The notes beneath the pieces were generated by a model. It made no database searches. It was not told the DNA's origin and saw only the letters and a list, made by a program, of their open reading frames with translations. A stretch of DNA of 61,838 nucleotides, filler included, from Sphacelaria rigidula (taxonomy: Eukaryota), in the NCBI GenBank assembly GCA_964200075.2. It is 11 parts of 11 records of this genome, joined end to end, with 100 filler letters (N's around TTAATTAATTAA, not from the genome) between each part and the next. Parts side by side here need not be neighbours in the genome. Positions count along the whole stretch, not along the records: positions 22,525 to 28,055 come from CAXNAA020026585.1; positions 28,156 to 33,686 come from CAXNAA020026586.1; positions 33,787 to 39,317 come from CAXNAA020026587.1; 8 more parts are not named here. One strand, 5' to 3'. Positions within the stretch are counted from its first letter, which is position 1. Each line of letters opens with the position of its first letter. Position numbers and translations under genes: made by a program. Positions 24,959-38,600 of the stretch are shown piece by piece.

Positions 24959-27034
24959 CACAGTTATGGGCGCGCCTGACCCCCCAAAATGGGCAAAAAA
25001 AGTGTCATCAACCAAAAGCACGAACAGACACGAACAGACCGACTTCTGGGGCTTATCCAGGCTCGTGGGGTAAAATATGCCTTACGTCATCGGAAGAGAA
25101 CGGCATGGATCCAAAAGTCATGTCGAGAAAGAGTGTACGGCATTCAAAAATCAGAACCCGACCGTTATTTCCGTTGTTGTTCCTCATATATTGCATGCCA
25201 CTGGGTCGCTTTTCGTCCGCGCTTGCGATACCCTGGCATGCAAGGAGGCTGGTTGGGTTGAACAAACCCAACGCACACTGAGAACACTCGGGCAAGGGCG
25301 GTACATACATTCCCTGCAAAAAGTGAGGCCTTGGTAGACCCCAAATCGGCGCCTGTGGCACCGATTTAATTGAAAACGCGTTGTGCGCAGCCGAGGAGCA
25401 CACGGGACCGTCAGCCCTACTAAAATTCCGATTATTGTTGTACGCACTCAAATCAAGTAATATCAACCATGAATATTTGTAGCCCAACGCCGGTAACTGG
25501 AACCAGGAAGCTGAACCGTTGTTCTGGGGGGATGCGGATCAAAGTTGGGTCAACATGATGTGCTCAACATGCGACAAAGCCATATGTACTGATGAACTTC
25601 AAGGAGGACGGCCCTTACACAGACGGGTGGAGTACAAATAGTCACCGGGTGTGTTATGTGGGCTGGGCGGGTGTTGGTCCACCACCTCGTCATGGTTTAA
25701 GGAACTTGATTTATCGGCTGCCACGATTCCACAGCTTTTGTCGGACGAATGACTCGCGTTGTTCAAGTGTATTGTTGTTCCGTGTTTCATTCGATGAATA
25801 TGATATTAAATAGCTCTTTGACCGCGACGGTTGGTCACATGTTGAATCTGATCATTTTTCACTTGAAAAAAGTATGCATGGTCCAGATGGACTACCCTCG
25901 CGGTCTAGACTCCAAAGATGTTGTGCTGCAAGAAGGAATGAGAACAAACAGTTGTCCGTTACCCACCAGTACCGATACAACAGATGCGTGTCCTAGGACG
26001 GGTGGGTCCACTGAAAGACGTGAATGAAGCTTCGGTGCCATGTGGCTTCAGCGAAAGTGGGCGGACGACTTTATGCTGTCTTTTGGTTCGTCTTGACGCA
26101 GTATACTTCACCATTCGGGGGGGTAAGTTGGTTCATTTTGACCTCCGTGTGGAAACCGAAATCTGGATCATTCGTGGGGGCTGTTCTCCTAGCGTGCCCA
26201 GAACGCGTTTTTGTCTAAATCGGCGCCTTGGGCGCCGATTTGAGCTCTGGCAACGCACTCTTTGCCCAGGCAACATGTTGCACCCCCCTTGCCCGAGGGT
26301 TTTGGATATGCCTTCGTTGTGGTTAGGGTCAGGGCCAGTGTCATAATGTGTTCTCTCCGCTGCTGCGAGGTCGCGAAGAGGATTCTAGCTTCTGGGGATT
26401 CGGTCGAAGGTTCAAATTCTACACCTGTCGAGCATTCCACATAACTGATGTATCAACCATATGCACTATCAAGAGTCATTCATGGGTGTCATGTGTACTG
26501 TATTCTGAGCTCGTTAGACAGGGGTGAGGTTTTCGTTTTGTGGAAACCGGCAAGGGTTGGAGGCGTGCGTTTGCGATCATAGCCCATTATTTTGAAGAAA
26601 ATACTCATCGCCACGACCATCGATTGGGATGCGACTTTTTGGATCTTCTGCGCCAAGACGACAGCTACAATTGTACCGGATGAACTGTTTTTATTTCATC
26701 AGGATGCGAGTTTTGAAATGAAGTACGTGAAAAAAAAAACATGTTTTTTTTTCGATTTTCTCGATCACCCTCACTTCTTTGGGAAAACCATTCGGTCCAA
26801 CTGTAGCTTGGACAAATACACGCCGGTGAGCACCCGAGCCATGCCGTTGTTCGTACTCTGGAACGAGACAACTTTGAGACCGTGAAATGGAAACCCTGCT
26901 CAAAGCAAAAGTACTTTGAGTGATTTTTTCGGCGTGCATAGTCAGGGAATGAACGAGATCTCCGGTCTGTTCGTGCTTTTGATAGGTGACACTTTTTAGG
27001 CTCATTTTGGTGGGTCAGGCGTGCCCATAACAGT
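24959..27034. mobile_element. ~2.1-kb non-autonomous TIR element, possibly Tc1/mariner-like
   Basis: ~75-bp degenerate TIRs (GTTATGGGC(G/A)CGCCTGACCC..AAAAGCACGAACAGAC) with TA near both ends; an internal inverted pair at ~25255-25420 / ~26170-26340; no transposase seen. Confidence 0.5.
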
Positions 27035-27844
27035 AGTATCGGCTCCATACCCGTAGGGTTACCTCTGTATTGAATTATATAAAACGCATTGAATTAAATT
27101 ACACGCGCGGAGAGCTTTATGTTCGAGCAGCGCGCGCTCTAGCGTTTTCCGTTTTGTCGACATCGTGCCAGCGCGCTTGTGCCTAAAGCGCTGTACTCCC
27201 CTGTGGCAGCCCGGCACGGTAGGGCTCCTCATGTTTCATCACGCTTTATTCGAAAACACGCAGAAGAGATGCCAGCGAGTCCATCGTTGTTGTACTTGGA
27301 TTGTGGTGAACCAGTTGTTTTTCGATAGAACCCCCGCATGCTGCGTGTTGTACCAAATACTGTAGTATACCGTACCAGTTCAAAAACGGATGCTGTATGC
27401 ATTATATATAGGCCATCGACATGCTCTGGTTATCATGAACTGTGTACGAGGCGCGGGGAGCGTAGTTTTGGTCAGGGAATGCTAGGACGCAACCATACTG
27501 CAGTACGAGCAGTATGAAACACGTGATTCAAACGAGACACAAGACGAAACATTTACATTATGCTAAATACCTGGGCGCTTTGGTACTGAAACGAGTCCAC
27601 CAGTCCCTCCACTGCCTACCGTACGAAGATAGCAAGGGACGAATCAATGATTCGTCTGGAATTTTTTCGATTTTTAGTGTATTTGATTCGTACCGTATGA
27701 ATCAATCCTTAGGCTTCGTTCTCAGCGTTGCAACCCAGGTACGCGTAGCCCACGCACGTGGAATGGCGCAAAAGTTGCGTGGAGACCTGTTTGACCAGCG
27801 GTCGACTTTTTTCTCTCTTTTGAGCAATCAGGCCTAAGAACACA

Positions 27845-28055
27845 CGCGGCCATTTGGCTAAACCCCGAAATGCCTCCGGAGGGATGCGCGGCCCTCCAGG
27901 GGCAAAACAAGCCTCCTGAGGCCTTCAATCCCTCCGGAGGAAACCAAACTCTACCGACGCGGAGGGCCGCGTGTAATGCGTGAGAGGACCGCGTGCTTAC
28001 AGGACCTCATCGGAATCTGAACATCCCTATGGTTAGGGCTAGGGTCAGGGTTAGT
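27845..28055. repeat. Interspersed repeat with GGAGGG(A/T)GCGCGGCCCTCCA motifs ending in degenerate TTAGGG-like units; reverse copy at ~56430-56700
   Basis: GCCATTTGGCTA..CCCC..AATGCCTCCGGAGGGATGCGCGGCCCT shared between the two copies. Confidence 0.65.
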
Positions 28056-28740
28056 NNNNNNNNNNNNNNNNNNNNNNNNNNNNNNNNNNNNNNNNNNNNT
28101 TAATTAATTAANNNNNNNNNNNNNNNNNNNNNNNNNNNNNNNNNNNNNNNNNNNNTATACTTTATTTGGGTGGGTAAACCCCAGAAAGTACTTTTTTTTT
28201 GTCCGGCGGCGTCTTCCCCCCCCCCCCCCCCCCCCCCTCGCGCGCGCGAGGTGGTGTGTTGTTCTACAGTATGACGGGTTTTTTTCTCGTCATGTTGTTG
28301 TCTTAACGTTAAAAAATGGCTACTGCTCGTGTCTTTTTCTGTTCCTTTCCTTCTTTCTTTTTCTGCTCATTTTTATGCTGCACCTCACCACGGGCTGGAT
28401 TGTCACAATCAGCTACTCGTAATGTGACATAACCAATCAATCATTAGATATATGATGCAACAGTTGTCTTGAGGTGGAAATTAATATTACTGTTCCGAAA
28501 TTCGAAAACACCGATAACCCTTCTGGGACCGGACGCCCCACGGTGGTATGTTTGTGGCACCTTTCCTCACTTTCAACCCACAATCGCGTTCGTGGCAGGT
28601 ATCCATTACAGTAGTTCTGTTTTCAAGCCTAAATGGTGCAAATTCGAGAGATGTGAATTTGCATCATTTTGACTTGAAAACAAAACTCACAGACACCCGC
28701 CACTATTACCCCATCGTGAGGGGAAGGGATCCCAGAAGGG

Positions 28741-29366
28741 TTGACCCTTTGACCTCGAGGACATGTCACCTGCTGAATCGGCATCAATTTTCACTTGAAA
28801 AAAATGTGTGCATGATTCCGTTTGACTACCCACATCGCGGTCTCAGGGTTATTTCTATTGGCCGCGAGGATAGTCCATCTGGGATGTGCGTGATTTTTTC
28901 GTGTGAAATTGATGCCAATTCAACAGATGACATACTCTCACCGACAAAGGGTTAACCCTTCGACCGCGAGAATAGTCTTTCTGGATCATGCATACTTTTT
29001 TCCACTTGAAATTGATGCCGATTCAACAGAGGACTAACCTCGCGGTCTAAGGGTTAACCCTTGGACAGCGAGAGCAGGTCATCTGTTGAATCGGCATCAA
29101 TTTCACCTGAAAAAAGCATGCATGATCCAGATGGATACGCCTTTTCCTGAATAACGCAGTCCGTTTTTTGCTCTTCATAAAGTATAAAGAAAAATCCTCG
29201 TGCAAATCCCAGTCGGAACTCGCGTGGCATAAAGAGAACGGAAAACGGAACATATCCGAATCGGCATCAATATTCACTTGAAAAAAGTGTGCCCCATCCA
29301 GACGGACTACATGCATCGTGGTGTATGGGTTAGCTAACCCTTAAACCGCGGACATAGTCCATGAAG
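28741..29366. mobile_element. Cluster of 4-6 ~105-bp piggyBac-like MITEs joined at TTAA
   Basis: AAGGG|TTAA|CCCTT junctions at 28952-28955 and 29054-29057; shared core TGAATCGGCATCAATTTTCACTTGAAAAA in both orientations. Confidence 0.75.
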
Positions 29367-29691
29367 TTATTTTGCGGGTTTTTCGACACGATAATCAACC
29401 GATGGAAATAGGGTGAGTAAACAACGTACGGTAGTTGACTGAGTTTGTTTGACGTAAGTTGACGTGGTGTGGGAGCGCTGATGGTCATGATCCAATCTGC
29501 GAGACCAAAAGCAAGGCGTGTACCGGGGAGAGCTGGGTTGACGATCCCTGGAGACCACGGACTCGTCCCGAGATAGGGGAGGGGTTGAAAGTGCTAGAGG
29601 TAAAATAATAATAATAATAAAGTGCGGTAAGCGCATCCTCTTAATAACCCCAATCGGGACCGAGGTGGACTAATCGGCGGTGAATGCAACA

Positions 29692-29979
29692 CAGATTACC
29701 AAATGGTCGAAAAAAATGATTGCCACTTGATTTTAGTCTGAACACCGATATTCGTAATTTTCGACGGGCTGGCAGGCCCAAATACTCCTAGCTCGTCCAT
29801 TACGTGTCTTCGTCCAAAATCGCGCGAGAGGTCTGCCAACGTACGCTTTGCAAAGGATACCCTCTGAACCCCCCCCTGCCCGAAGGTTCTCTTGTGCTTG
29901 GTAGAGGCTAGGGTTAGGGTTGACGGCACCTTGTTTATAGTACAGTACCAACCATTGTTTCCGACCATCTGGTAATCAG
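29692..29979. mobile_element. MITE with TIR GATTACCA(A/G)ATGGTCG(A/G)AAA
   Basis: CAGATTACCAAATGGTCGAAAAAAATG versus CATTGTTTCCGACCATCTGGTAATCAG. Confidence 0.6.
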
Positions 29980-31990
29980 CCCCCGGTGAGGGCGAATCGG
30001 CGAACGACTGAAAATGATCCCAGATGACGAACGGACCGTGCGTGCAAACAAAATCCTCGCCCCTGATTAGAAATCGGTCCCGAACGGGTTATTCCCCCGA
30101 GGAGCTCAAGAATATAGACTCATCCGTGGGGTATCGGAATCCGGCCATTTTTCCAGTTGTAAGGCATTAAATGACCCAGGGCGTGTCGGGTGGGATATAC
30201 CCGATTTCGTGGTTGAAAAGTCGTACATCACGTGCCGAAGTCAGTCACAATTACTTGTTTGGGCTTTTGAGAGGGGATCAAACGCACTGGGCTGGCTGCT
30301 GCTGTGTACATGGGTCGGATCTCTACTTTTCAAAATGCCACAATGTCGGGTATACCCTAGACGACCTGCCCTCGAAGACGACACAGAGGGGCAAAAAAAA
30401 AAACGCTTCCAGAGATCTTTGGTCGGCATCGATAAGAAGCGGCCTGACCTTTCGCCGACCAATGGGTGCTTTACCCCTTTCCCATCCCTAGGCCTACGGC
30501 GAAGTTGAGTCCCGCCAATTTTCTTTCGCGAATTTCTTCCGTAAAATGATGGCAATAGCGTGTGTACGAAGGGTGCTGTGATCCCATTAGTTCTTCCTTC
30601 ATGTCCTCACTTTTCAACCCCTCCTCATCCTCGGGAAGAGTCTGGCGTCTCATGGGGAGATCAACCCATCTCCGTCTCGAAAGGGATGCGTGGTCAATAA
30701 TCAAACGACCAAGGCAAGCAACAAATGAGTACTACCCCCCCCCCGGCAAACGCCTCACATTTTGGTAGTATCAGGATTGATCCTTTGCGTAAAAACAGGA
30801 AAAAAAAAAAAGTGAAATTGTTCGAACGCCCAACGGGTCCTTCCTGCTAGGGTCTCCCTTGCTCCGTCTACAATATAACCATCCTAGACGGGAAAGTCAA
30901 GAGCCGCGGAACAGGCCGCGGGCGCTAGAGCGGGTTCACTTCGGGCAAATATGTGCACAGGAGCTATATTCCCTTCTTGCTCAAGACAGGAAAACATGTG
31001 CAACTCATGTAGCTAGCTCTCGTAGCTCAATCTGGACAACTTTGTGCAGATGAGATATCCTCTTGAAGCTCGAACCGGGAAAACATGTGTAGCTCAAGAA
31101 GCCTTCTATACCCCAAGAGTGAGGAAACATGCGCAGCTCATGTAGCTCAAGGTATATCACCGTCGAGCAATCCTCGGAAAGAAGCAACTCGAGCTACGGT
31201 GCGCAGATACGTGCGGGGGTTCGTTCACCATTTTACATATATCTCGACATGCTTCGAACATATTTTCGTATATTTCCGTATCTCTTGATCTTGTCATATG
31301 GTCCAATATATTGATATATTTTCAGATATATATATATATATAAGTGCGACGATCCATCAATTAAATATTATTTTCCACATGTCCGACAGGTCATGAGCTA
31401 CCTACCTGAAATAACTAATCAAAGACAACTCTCAGATCCCTGTACAAAAACACAGAAACATGTGACAGCAGTGTCCGAGAAGCCAGAGCGTTACCTTCCC
31501 GCTTCACGGCGTGCTCGACGTACATCGCTGTCGGAAGTTAATACGGGAAAAAGCGGCAAAATGAGCTAGCTCATGACCGGGATCAGTACTCTGATAAGGA
31601 GTGAAATCCAGGTACTCATGAGGTGTCCGACGTGTGATATTTTCGAATGTACTCCACCTATACATAAGTATTTGTTGATTGATTGATGAATTGTCGCACT
31701 TTGACTGACCCCCCAGGGGTGCAGCCGTGGTCTCATGATAGACGTACCCAACAAAAACGAAACCGAAACACGCTCTGAGAAAAAGAGGAAACAGAAAAAA
31801 AAGGGAGTCGGACAGAACGACGTAGCAGACTAAGTTCTAACAAAAAAAAGGCAATAAAAAAGTCAACACATGCAAAGCACAGAAATAAATGGCCGACCTA
31901 AAACAATAAAAAAGTGAACGGCCGGCTGACCGGATATATATATACATATATTCATACCGAGCAATGGACCGACCCACACCCACAGCCCAC

Positions 31991-32878
31991 CTCCTGTATC
32001 GACATCGATCCCACCGCCTGCGCCGCCCCGTCCTCCCCGTCTCGCCTCTCCCCCTCTCTATCAGCCGCCTCGCGTGCCCCCGCGGCCGCCGCACCGTCCT
32101 TCCCCCCACCTCCACCCCCGCTCCCTCCATATTTCACAGTAACCTCACGCGGCGGTGACTCCCTCCAAATCATCGGAGTGGGCGCCATCTGCCCACCGAA
32201 GGGTACACCCCCGCCCCTTGTTACCCCCGCCGATCTCCTGCCCCTGTCGCCCCCGCCGACGCTATCTGCAGCCACTTCCCCCCCGACAACGGCAGCGCTG
32301 CCGCCGGTACATCCCGCTCCGTCCATCTCGGCCGGAGAAATGGTCCTCGACCGAGCAAAAACCAAGACTTCACTCTTATTATTGTTATTAATACTGTCAT
32401 TATTACTGCGGTGGTGGTTCTTATCTGCGCCGACAGCACCGTTCGCCAGACCGGTCCCTGCCGCCACGGGAACGACAACCGCCTCTTGCGCTGGAGCCGG
32501 GGCTGCTGTGGCCGCAGCAGTCGATGACGCAGGAAGTCGTAAGCGTTCGATATGAGGCGGCATCGCGCAGGTCGATCCCTGTCCAGTTATCTCTCCCCCG
32601 GACCGGCTCGTCCGGCCGTTGACAGTGTCGGTTCGGAGGTCGGCGGTCTGATGACCTCCGCCCCCACTGCCCGCGCGGGCGTGGAGGTCGTCACCTTCCA
32701 CGGTTGGCAAGGGTGACGGAGACCGACGCATCTCTTGGCGGTGCCTCGACGAGGAAATAAGAGAGCTCGGCGAGGATTCTAGTGACGGTGTGTCGAAAGA
32801 TCTTCGGGTTCCTGTTGGAGACAGGCTCCCGCCTGGGGAATCGCTCCGCTCAAAGTCGGATCCATTCTGGGTGGACAT
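31991..32878 (-). CDS. Probable first coding exon (296 codons) of a protein with a long Ser/Gly/Ala-rich N-terminus
   Basis: ATG at 32878 (MSTQNGSDFERS...), GC-rich open frame, phase-0 donor GAG|GTGGGC at 31991. Confidence 0.6.
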
Positions 32879-35699
32879 GAGAGGGACGAGAGGTGGTGGT
32901 GAGGGCGGGGGTGGGGGTTGAATACAGTGGCGAGGGCGAACGGGCGGACGGAGGGAAGGGGATCGTGGGATGGGTGTACGGTTGTAGGCGACAAGGAGGG
33001 CACTGTGGAGAGCGTTGTCACCCGAATTGATTTCAGGGTGTAATTTGGTGGGGGACTCAAAAAGGTGTTGACGCCGCTCCTTGTGGCAAACAAAAAAACA
33101 GTTGTATGAGAACGCTTTTTGGGTCATTCCTTGTCGTTTTACGTCCAAAAAGAGAGGTATAACAGGCGGAGGTTGACACCCTGGAATTACTTGCTCTTCT
33201 TGTTGAGGCGGCTCCAGGACATGTTCGCGTTCTCGGTGGCCGCAGTTTTTATTTTCGCCAAACTTGCATTTTTGTCCAGAAACGGTCGAGTCTAGGAAAG
33301 ACTGCACACGTCGAACGAGTCATTACTCGTCGAAACGAGTGTACTCGTTAACAGCCGATCCTAATTTTGGGGTTGAAACGAAAAATGAGGTTCAAGTCTC
33401 ATTTCTCTATTGCAGGGAGGATACAAAAGAGTAAGACAGAGCGAAAGTATCTTCCTTCCCAAACCTCCGCAGCAGGAGTTACCCGTTAGACCGCGAGAGT
33501 AGGTCACCTGCTGAGTCGGCATCAATATTCACTTGAAAAAAGTACTCGCGTGGTCCAGATGGACTAGGGGCACCGCGGTCCAAGGGTTAAGCAACTCTGG
33601 CTAGGTGCACCCAACGAAATGCGGTGTACACGCGTGTCGATGACGATATCACCAGAGAGAGAAGCAACGACAGAGAGGAAGCTCCTNNNNNNNNNNNNNN
33701 NNNNNNNNNNNNNNNNNNNNNNNNNNNNNNTTAATTAATTAANNNNNNNNNNNNNNNNNNNNNNNNNNNNNNNNNNNNNNNNNNNNTGTCAAGGGTCTGT
33801 CGAAAAAAAAAAATCGGACCCGGAGCCCCCCCCCCCCCCATCCCGGAGGGCATTTTGCCGAGAATTGTCATGATTTTTGAGAAAAAATCTTGTGATTTTT
33901 TTATTATTGTTGCTATTTTTTTCGTTGAAGTTACTGAGAGAAATTGATCACCACTGACAAAAACCGAAAAGTCTGGCGGGCTTTGCGAGCTTCGTATGTT
34001 TGCTTCTTCTCCTTGCTCGCCCTGTCCCGATGACCTCGGATGCCGGCAACGCTCACACAATATATGTACAATACACGAGCGCACGGTAGCGACTGCCTTT
34101 AGCCAAAATAGCAACATTATCCAACTCCTCGCAGAATTCGCCCGGACTACAGGTGGTGAGTGGTCGAGGCACACGACACGGAACATGATCCCATAAATGT
34201 GATCATGGTAGGTGATGAGCTTGGAGGGGCGGTGTGTCCTTCATCTCTGTACATGGCAGCTGACCGCATCCGCCAACGCCTCGGCAATAAAATAGGGGAC
34301 AGCAGGCTGAGTCTCCCCCTCCCCCTCAAAAACTCGAATTTTCGATCCTGGGGCCCAAGCCCCTTTTTGCCTCGATATCGGGGCGAAAAAGGGGACGCTT
34401 TTAGCCCGACATTGGTGCTTTCGCATCTTACACGCTTCGGGGGCACGGAAGACGGGCAACCCCCGGAAAAAGTCTTGAGGTCGGGGGGCATGAGATCGTC
34501 CATATAAATTCATTGGTCATGACTCAAGCTCACCCGAATGTTCGGCCTCCAAAACGGATCCAGGCTGTTACTAGTACAGCAAGTCATTTCAAAGTGTGAA
34601 ACTCCGCCTAGCTATCTTTTGGGACGTAAAACGTCGTGAAAGCTCCAAAGAAGCACTTTTCCAGATTTTTATTTCTGTCTGTTCAAAGGAGCGGCCTAAA
34701 GGGCGATAATCAGCTTTGGTGAAATTCCGTTGAATGACCAGAAAGGAAAATCTTTGGGACCACGCATACATATGTTTTTCACGACCTGTTGATTGTCCAT
34801 ACCAATTTTCAGTGTCCAACTCCAAGTAGAAAATTGCGAATTGGCCTGCAAACTCCGAATCCGCTTGTAGGCTGGCTCAGCTCGTACTTACCCGTTTATT
34901 TCTGGACCTCTCAGGGGGGGGGGGTGAGGGTACTGTATCATTTCCCCCCCCCTCCCCAAACTCTTTACACACTCCTATAAACTGATCGCATACTATATTT
35001 TACACAAATGAGGCAGCGTTGGAGGTGGGGTACCCCCTTTCATGTGTGTGGGGGTAGCATACGTTCCACGTATCCCCCTAATACGTGAGTGCGGACAAAA
35101 AATGTAGAACATATATAATAAAACAAAATGATAAAAGGAAATTAAAATAGAAAAAAATGAAGTACTGCAGTATACAAAAGAAATAAATGTAAGAAAGAAG
35201 AGAAATCACTAGAAAAAAACTCAAGTATGAAAAAAATTAGAGACTAAAAGAAAATAAGCGAATAAAATAGGAAGAAAAGAAAAGACATGACAGGGTTGTG
35301 AACTGGACCAGTGTATACTGTCGAACTGGAACAGCAGGTGAACTGGAACTAGCGACGACGGCGTTCATCATAAGTTTCTTCCTTTATTACCTATTTGCCC
35401 GAGCTTAGATGTGAGTTATAGCTGGTTTTTTGTAACTTTTTTCCAAGGTTTCCGCAGGGGATGGGCTTGGTCGGGGATCGTCTCCAACTACAACCACCGT
35501 CGGATGAAGCCAAGCCAACGAACGCACAGCAGCATGTACATGTCCCCGACAGGTACGAGTCGTGAGTATTCGGTACGTGTTTGAGGCATAACGTGCATAA
35601 TACAGGCGAAAGGAATGAAGCGCAAACTGAAAAAAAAAAGACTCGTTCGGGCCTCCGGGGGGGAGGGGGGAGGGGGGGGGTACACAGGTGTGCGTGCGG

Positions 35700-38600
35700 C
35701 ATCCGCTCACATACAGGGCCTCCTTGACACTGTCTGCCATTGCTTCATACTCTGCCTCAGCAGTAGAAAGGGTGACGCACTCCTGCGACCTATAGAACCA
35801 AGACACTAGCGTACCTCTGCAGCAATTAGCTACACCGGAAACGGAACGTCGGTCCTCCGTTTTATAGGCGTAGTCTGCGTCAACGTACGTATCCAAATCA
35901 AACTTGAACTGGATATATCCCAAGTCGCTACTCTTCTTGAAACGTGAGCTGAAGTCCGACGTAGCATTCAAGTAGTCGAGTTTCTTCTGTGCCGCCTTGA
36001 AATGAGTCAGCTTGGGTTCATGAGAGAACCAAGCGATTGCCGAACTGCATTCGCAATATCTGGCCTCGTTTGGTTCGCTATCCACATCGAGCTCCCCACG
36101 ATCTCTCGGAGAGGCACACCCACTACGGTCTCCTCCTCGCTTGCATGCGTGAGGTCTAGGGAAGGGGTAGCGGGAATGGAGCTAGTCTTCTAGACGTCGA
36201 AACGATTTAGCACACTTCAATCAACTGAGTTTGTAAAATCTCCAAAGTGCCTCTCTCCCGGTCCCTTTTGTACTCCCTCCCCATGTCCCGCTCTATACCC
36301 CACCGAGATGTTTAGTGGGAATTTCTGATTGAATGCATAGACTAACTTTTGTCATCTCCTCAATAGCTACTATCATTACGTCGTCCACATGAAAGATCAT
36401 GATCGCCACAACGTCATGAGCAACCGTCAGTCGGAACACACAGGGATCTACCAAGCATTGCTCGAAACCACACTAAACCAGGGTTGACGGCAATAGTTGA
36501 TTCCACGCACAACCACTCTGCTTCAATCCGTACAAAGCCTTGTTGATATGCACTACCTTACCAGATACTGATCCACAACTGGCGCAGATCCGAGTAAATA
36601 TCGGTACCCAAATCCAGCCTGGTCTGCATTTAAGTGCCTCAAATGTTAGTCTAGCTTACATGTTATAGCCGCCACTAACCTGTTTGAAGTAGCAGACGCT
36701 GTAGTGGCAAATGTCTCTCACTAGTCTACTTCCGCTACCTGACTCTACCCATTGCTACCATATTGGCTCTCGCCCGGGCAACCATACCATGTGAATTATT
36801 CTTCCATTTATACGAGCACTTCGCGTCCACAATGTTGCACCCCTCTGGGATGCCGGTAACCTCCGCCAACGCTCCGGCAGCCATGAGCCCATCGAGCTCT
36901 ACCTTCATCGCCTCCATCCACACATCCGAATATTGTGATGGACACGCTGCAGAGTACGACAACGGCCCCGGCCCCACTACCCTAGCGAGACATTAAGGGA
37001 TCTCGCCCGGTTTGCGGGTAACCTGTTTTACTGTCAACAGCCCTTGGATTATTTGCCCCCCTTCATCGGGCCTCAAGATAGTCACGACCCCAGACGCTCC
37101 TCGATTGGGCGCTTGCGTCTGCGCTGTAGTCCACCCAAGCTCCTCGCTATTTCCAGATGCAAACAGATTTGACTCAAGCTGGCGCGCCGCAGTCCGTGTT
37201 GCCGTTAAAAATGGAACACTTTCGTCCGATGAAGACGACTCGCCTGCCTCCAGAGAGAGGTCGCCATCGGCAGACGGCTCACTACTCACCGATGGCAACT
37301 AAGTACCTAGAGAAGCAGTTTTTTTGTCGGGGGCCGGCTTATTTTCATCGCCAAAAGAACCCCGCTCACATTCACGATCATGGTCTGCACTCTTCGCCGG
37401 ATATGTCACTCGACGCTGATGGGAGATTCCTCTCTCCAGTAGCGGTAATAGAGTCGGTGGGGCAAAATCGAAATCATCTACACCTCCCGGCTCTGTAGTC
37501 TCTCCCGACTCCGATGTCCCTCCCGGCAGTGACGTCCCTCCCAGCTCCAACGCTCCTGCCAGTTTCGGCGAAGCTGGCTGCTGTAGTTGTACCGGTGTCA
37601 CCACCATGACCGACAGCGTCTCCCAGGTGACGTCCTTTGTCCCCGTTACTTGACTTGCCCGTGTAGCATTCGCCATGAATCGCGGGGGTGGTCGATGCCT
37701 CCGGCAGCCTCGCGTGAATCAGCGCTACCGGGGCTATTGCAGCGAACGCCAGGGGAACAGCGTTATCTTGTTGCACTGAATTTTCGGCTATCCACTTCTT
37801 ATTATCATTCTCAATGCTATCAGGCTCTCCCACCGCACCCTTCTTACTTTGTTGCATACCAATCGATGAACACGCTATGATATCAAAAGAGCCATTCTGC
37901 AATTTCTTCGCGGCTGTGATGACGTGTGCGGTAAAGTCGAACCATCGATGTCCTGGCTCCAAGAATCGATGGCACTTGTTTCGCATGTCGTGGTACTTAT
38001 TGCCTACGTTTTCCGTACTGCCATTCTGGTCGTTTTTGTTCGCTACAGTACCACTGGAAACACCCCTGCCACGTTTGGCGCCATCATGATTGCGATTTCG
38101 GCGGGTGGGCTTGCTAGTAACGAGAGCTCGCCATACGTTACGGTTCTTGGTGCCATTCCTAGGCATGCGCGTGTGTCTCTGTTGTACAGTAGCCTCTAAT
38201 TCTGCTCGGTTGATATTGCCTCCGTACAAGATCGTACGCTGTTCGTACTCCTAGTCGCTTGTGAGTACCTCAACTATCTTGAGGTTGACATCCTCTACAG
38301 GCATATGTACCCCTAGTGACAGAAGTACACCCACAATCTTATCCACGCGCGCGAAAACCTTCATTGGATCTTCCTTATTCTCCATCTGTAACTCGTTGAA
38401 AAGACGTTTTCACTTCGATTTTTCCGAGAGGGTTTTCGGGAGAAGCCAATTACATACAAGCGCGAACCCGCATTCGGGGAGTTTGGGTCAAATACCCTAC
38501 CTGACCATTCACGGTGATGTCCTCCGTCAAACATGCCCAAGCCACGCGCGCTTGTTTCATGCTTGTCTCAGTAACACCTTGCAGTCAACCAAAAACCTGG

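Noticed and set aside
28031..28055. Telomere at contig end
   Set aside because: Only about four degenerate units; similar motifs occur inside interspersed repeats at ~26320 and ~29905.
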